55,360 nucleotides of DNA from contig DATESZ010000264.1 in NCBI GenBank assembly GCA_035283845.1, forward strand, positions 1-55,360. The letters run 5' to 3'. The notes below the pieces were generated by a model. That model saw only the letters and a program-made list of their open reading frames with translations. It was not told the DNA's origin and made no database searches. Source of the DNA: Syntrophales bacterium. Lineage in GTDB: Bacteria; Desulfobacterota; Syntrophia; Syntrophales; JACQWR01. The first letter of the stretch is position 1, and each line of letters opens with the position of its first letter. Both the position numbers and the translations under genes were made by a program. Below, piece after piece: positions 53,626 to 55,360 of this stretch.

Positions 53626-53795
53626 ATAATATACACGCAAACCAACCATCACCCCCGGATGGATTTGGTGGCGCCATGTGTTCGTGTGCGGAATGTACAA
53701 AGGCAAGATGTAAATCAATAAAAATTTCAGTGTTAGAAATATTGCAGGAAGCGAATGGGATAAAGGAGGCGACCGATGTCACGGGATACAAGTAA
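53616..53795 (+). CDS. Hypothetical miniprotein, 59 aa
   Basis: Hand translation: MWLNNIHANQPSPPDGFGGAMCSCAECTKARCKS.... AAGGAGG SD. Confidence 0.4.
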   Translation: MWLNNIHANQPSPPDGFGGAMCSCAECTKARCKSIKISVLEILQEANGIKEATDVTGYK

Positions 53796-54267
53796 AGCGA
53801 CACCTTTTCTACGGGAGTTTTCCGCTCTGCTGATAGCCAAGGCTAAATCTGATCTTGATCTCAAGGTAATTGTGACCTCAGTTGATCGGGATTATAAAGA
53901 GCAAATGGCCCTCTTCGCCCAGGGGAGGCAATCGCTGGCCGAGGTAAACTTGTTGCGAAAGGCGGCAAAGATGGCGCCGATCACAGCAAAAGAGAACACC
54001 CGCAAGGTCACATGGACAATGGCCTCGAAGCACATTATCAACCTGGATGATAGGTTCCCGGAGAACAACCTGTCTCGTGCGATTGACTTCGGCATCCTCG
54101 ACAAAAACGGACATTACATGGGTAGCATCAAGGCTGATGTAAACAAGGATAACATTGCTGATTACGTCCAGCTTGGGGAACTTGGCGAAGCAATCGGCGC
54201 AGGCAGGATAAAGTGGGGCGGGAGATGGAAAAGCCCCGATATGCCACATTTCGAGGAAATCGGTTAA
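53776..54267 (+). CDS. Peptidase M15-type endolysin, 163 aa
   Basis: ORF track. AAGGAGG SD. SKHI...AIDFGI...GGRWKSPDMPHFE metal-ligand pattern. Confidence 0.75.
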   Translation: MSRDTSKATPFLREFSALLIAKAKSDLDLKVIVTSVDRDYKEQMALFAQGRQSLAEVNLLRKAAKMAPITAKENTRKVTWTMASKHIINLDDRFPENNLSRAIDFGILDKNGHYMGSIKADVNKDNIADYVQLGELGEAIGAGRIKWGGRWKSPDMPHFEEIG

Positions 54268-54278
54268 AGGAGGGATAA

Positions 54279-54884
54279 ATGCCAGAAGAGAATAGTAAAT
54301 CAATTTTCCAAAAGATTGGGGACGCTGTCGTCAACTTCGCGCCGGGGATAGCGGGAATTCTCGCAGCAACAGGTGTGGGTGCTCCTGCGTCGGGGGCAGT
54401 AATAGCTCTCTCCGCCTTGGGCAAAAGCTTCGGCCTGGGCACTCAGGCAACGCCTGCGGACATTCTGAAGGTTGTCACAACTGACCCCGAAATTCAGCTA
54501 AAAGCAATGCAAGCTGAAAATAGCTTTACCTTGGCTATGCGACAGGCTGACCTCGATGAGATAAAAGCCGGCCTGGGTGACATCCAAAGTGCCCGGCAGA
54601 GAGATACTGCCATCAGATCAACCGGGCAGTTAAATGTCCGGGCGGACGTGATGCTGGCAGGCACATATGTCAGTATCATTGCCATTATTGTTGTCCTGGC
54701 GTTTACTGGGATCGGAGCAAACCTCTTGGTGGCCGGTTGCTTGACTACCCTTGTCGGTACGCTGGTTAAGTATATAGGAACTGCCTTTGACTTTGAGTTT
54801 GGGTCAAGCAGGGGGAGCATACAAAAGACCGAGATTGCCGCTGATACCGCAAAGGAATTGGCAAGGGTGGCCGCGGGTCAATAG
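54279..54884 (+). CDS. Holin-like membrane protein (3-TM GTA-type holin family?), 201 aa
   Basis: ORF track. Hydrophobic segments at both ends. Adjacent to the endolysin. Confidence 0.5.
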   Translation: MPEENSKSIFQKIGDAVVNFAPGIAGILAATGVGAPASGAVIALSALGKSFGLGTQATPADILKVVTTDPEIQLKAMQAENSFTLAMRQADLDEIKAGLGDIQSARQRDTAIRSTGQLNVRADVMLAGTYVSIIAIIVVLAFTGIGANLLVAGCLTTLVGTLVKYIGTAFDFEFGSSRGSIQKTEIAADTAKELARVAAGQ

Positions 54885-54920
54885 ACAAAGGACAATCAAT
54901 CCTACGAGCCATTGCCTCCA

Positions 54921-55097
54921 TCAAGCCCGTGCGAGATGGGAGTAGTTTTCATCGGCAGCGACCGCTTTCCGTCTGGCATATTCAGCATCGAGCATAGCCT
55001 TCCTTGCCCGATCCTCAAACGTCCAGTGGTCTATATGGTTTATCCTGTTAATCTCGGCTCCGATTTCCTCCAGAGACATTTTTGTAAAGTCCATCAT
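54921..55097 (-). CDS. Hypothetical protein, 58 aa (last gene of the wrapped early-left operon)
   Basis: Hand translation: MMDFTKMSLEEIGAEINRINHIDHWTFEDRARKAMLDAEYARRKAVAADENYSHLARA. AGGAGGA upstream. Confidence 0.4.
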   Translation of the reverse strand: MMDFTKMSLEEIGAEINRINHIDHWTFEDRARKAMLDAEYARRKAVAADENYSHLARA

Positions 55098-55133
55098 TGC
55101 CTGCCCGTCCTCCTGCGAAAATTACTACTTCCA

Positions 55134-55229
55134 TTACCACCACCCCAAACTCTTCCCGGCCATCCCCCACAACCAAGCTCCAACTAGGGCCAAAAGAACC
55201 ACCCAGACAATATCCGCATCTATCCGCAT
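55134..55229 (-). CDS. Hypothetical 31-aa membrane peptide
   Basis: Hand translation: MRIDADIVWVVLLALVGAWLWGMAGKSLGWW. GGAGAGGAGGAAG directly upstream. Competes with ORF 55048..55245. Confidence 0.3.
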   Translation of the reverse strand: MRIDADIVWVVLLALVGAWLWGMAGKSLGWW

Positions 55230-55360
55230 ACTTCCTCCTCTCCATTCAAAAATTATGCCACGTGCTAGGCAGAATTATCATATCTCAATATCACTAATTA
55301 TGCCTATTGCGCTGTTGAACTCCACAAAAGACATGGTTCCTGCTTCATCCGCCGGCATTA
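55220..55360. repeat. Terminal direct repeat copy 2 (= 1..141)
   Basis: Verbatim repeat of nt 1-141. Confidence 0.95.

Noticed and set aside
55048-55245. 65-aa minus-strand ORF (MERRKYADRCGYC...)
   Set aside because: Its ATG is part of the SD-like GGAGAGGAGG. Two shorter ORFs with proper SD spacing (55134..55229 and 54921..55097) explain the region better, although all calls here are weak.

Overview
The window is a complete, circularly closed tailed-phage genome. The first 141 nt equal the last 141 nt, so the unique length is 55,219 bp. A divergent promoter pair near 12.1-12.2 kb sets the layout. (1) A long minus-strand early-left operon runs 12.1 kb -> 0.1 kb and wraps to ~54.9 kb. It is packed with tiny ORFs and also carries an exonuclease, an ERF-type annealing protein, HNH genes and a stand-alone tnpB. 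(2) A plus-strand early-right operon (12.2-16.9 kb) holds a Cro-like HTH, an HNH, a replication initiator with internal iterons and a RuvC-like resolvase. (3) A small minus-strand cluster (17.0-18.3 kb) is followed by a ~1.2-kb low-coding control region and a catalytic-domain-only tyrosine recombinase (19.6 kb). (4) The plus-strand late region (20.2-54.9 kb) holds terminase, portal, scaffold, a split major capsid gene, tandem structural paralogs, 1259-aa and 2133-aa virion proteins, a tail fibre and a lysis module. The most unusual feature is in the early-left operon: nearly every intergenic gap outside its recombination-gene core holds a 49-90 nt (one ~150 nt) imperfect hairpin repeat, about 19 copies in two blocks. 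Their plan matches integron attC sites ('59-base elements'). They have AAC/GTT cores, unpaired spacers, an inner helix with fixed unpaired bases on one arm, and a variable loop with compensatory changes. Each interval boxes a single small gene, so the operon looks like a cassette array, yet no IntI-type integrase is present. Second, the major capsid gene is interrupted by a ~911-nt group-I-like intron whose HNH homing endonuclease is encoded on the opposite strand. Other points: tnpB sits in a cassette-like slot, three phased 39-nt repeats lie ahead of the scaffold gene, and there is a 33-bp coding tandem repeat. Duplicated 76-bp and 34-bp joints, a frameshifted HNH, a truncated phosphoesterase and a fissioned structural paralog are also present. 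All functional calls rest on motifs read by eye and on remembered family signatures; no database search was possible.
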